Positions 31,922 through 33,078 of a stretch of DNA of 33,078 bases are shown here, piece after piece. Made by a program: the position numbers and the translations under genes. The DNA lies in the NCBI RefSeq assembly GCF_001194135.2, contig NC_068989.1:86230986-86264063 (forward strand), written 5' to 3'. Under the pieces are notes generated by a model. That model made no database searches, was not told where the DNA came from, and worked only from the letters and a program-made list of their open reading frames with translations. Every line of letters begins with the position of its first letter. Position 1 is the stretch's first letter. This stretch comes from Octopus bimaculoides. Lineage: Eukaryota.

Positions 31922-32139
31922 TTCTTTTCTACTTTAGGCACAAGGCCCAACATTTTTGGGGAGGGGGGGCCAATCGATTAGATCGACCTCGGTACGCAAC
32001 TGGTACTTAATTTATTGAGCCCGAAAGGATGAAAGGCGAAGTCGACCTCGGCGGAATTTGAACTCAGAACATAAAGACAGACGAAATACCGCAAAGCATT
32101 TCTCCCGGCGTGCTAACGTTTCTGCCAGCTCGCCGCCTT
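31922..32139 (-). mobile_element. SINE group C, full length
   Basis: Reverse complement aaggcggcgagctggcagaaacgttagcacgccgggagaaatgc...ggccttgtgcctaaagtagaaaagaa. Confidence 0.93.
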
Positions 32140-32603
32140 AGCTGGGATAAATATTACCTGTTGGTATTAATACTGCCTTTGTTGTTATTAATTATTCTAA
32201 AAACTTAATTATCATTTACTACAGAGATGCTACGGCGTTGGTTGCAAACAGAGGAAGTACATAATTTCTAATGAACGGAATACATCATCGCCGCTTTATA
32301 ATTAATGCTTTTTAATGTTTGTATTAAATACTTCTAAGTTATTTAAATGTCTCGTTTTCTCATAATACGTCAGTTTTTGAAACAAAAGTATTGCTAATAC
32401 CTTGTTATATATTAAAATTAATGTATTTTTAATGTAGTTCCTAATTAGATATTTATAAATTACTGAAAGATTTTTTTTTCTTGCTTTGCTTGTAATACAT
32501 GTAAGACTTCGCTTTTGTTTTTGATATTTGAAGAAAACGATTATATATATTTATATAAGCTATACGTATACACACACACGCACACACATATATACGTATG
32601 TAA

Positions 32604-32643
<40 letters not shown>

Positions 32644-32762
32644 GCGCGTGCGTATGTCATCTTCATTTCGTTGAAAATACGCCGTTGAACAAAGACATGC
32701 ACAGCATATTTGCTGAATGTTAAGAATAACACACACACACACACTCATACAAACACAGACAT

Positions 32763-32798
<36 letters not shown>

Positions 32799-32898
32799 AC
32801 ACACACATATCAGAAATTATATGCGCTCTTGTTTCTGTAAGTCATTAAAACAAAAGCAAACGTTGGACAATTCCATCATTTTTATCGACATAGGCACA

Positions 32899-33078
32899 GG
32901 AGTGGCTGTGTGGTAAGTAGCTTGCTTACCAACCACATGGTTCCGGGTTCAGTCCCACTGCATGGCACCCTGGGCAAGTGTCTTCTACTATAGCCTCGGG
33001 CCGATCAAAGCCTTGTGAGTGGATTTGGTAGACGGAAACTGAAAGAAGCCCGACGTATATATGTATATATATATATAT
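32899..33078 (+). mobile_element. SINE group B 5' half (cut by the window end)
   Basis: ggagtggctgtgtggtaagtagcttgcttaccaaccacatggttccgggttcagtcccactgcatggcacc...gaaagaagcccgacgtat. Confidence 0.92.

Overview
AT-rich, microsatellite-dense eukaryotic genomic DNA with 14 assembly gaps (about 4.8 kb of N). The SINE repertoire looks to me like an octopus (coleoid cephalopod) genome; this is recognition, not a database result. Two real coding regions are supportable. The first is a large first coding exon on + (999-2508) for a secreted coiled-coil glycoprotein ending in a perfect phase-1 splice donor. The second is a long minus-strand ORF (27484 to about 24838, one gap) for a low-complexity protein with an N-terminal MGSCLCC acylation motif. 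Most other ORFs in the track are microsatellite or N artefacts. The rest is a mosaic of three tRNA-derived SINE groups, a Tc1 (DD34E) transposase fossil, RLE-type LINE 3' ends and a Penelope-like GIY-YIG tail. The most interesting signal is invisible to the ORF track: two different type I hammerhead ribozyme motifs of the Penelope/retrozyme style. One lies at 8658-8752 (+). The other lies at 31446-31516 (-) inside a roughly 285-bp fold-back element with 70-bp inverted arms, inserted in TA-rich repeats. A second, gap-truncated copy of that element (21492-21663) lies about 1 kb downstream of the Penelope endonuclease tail on the same strand.
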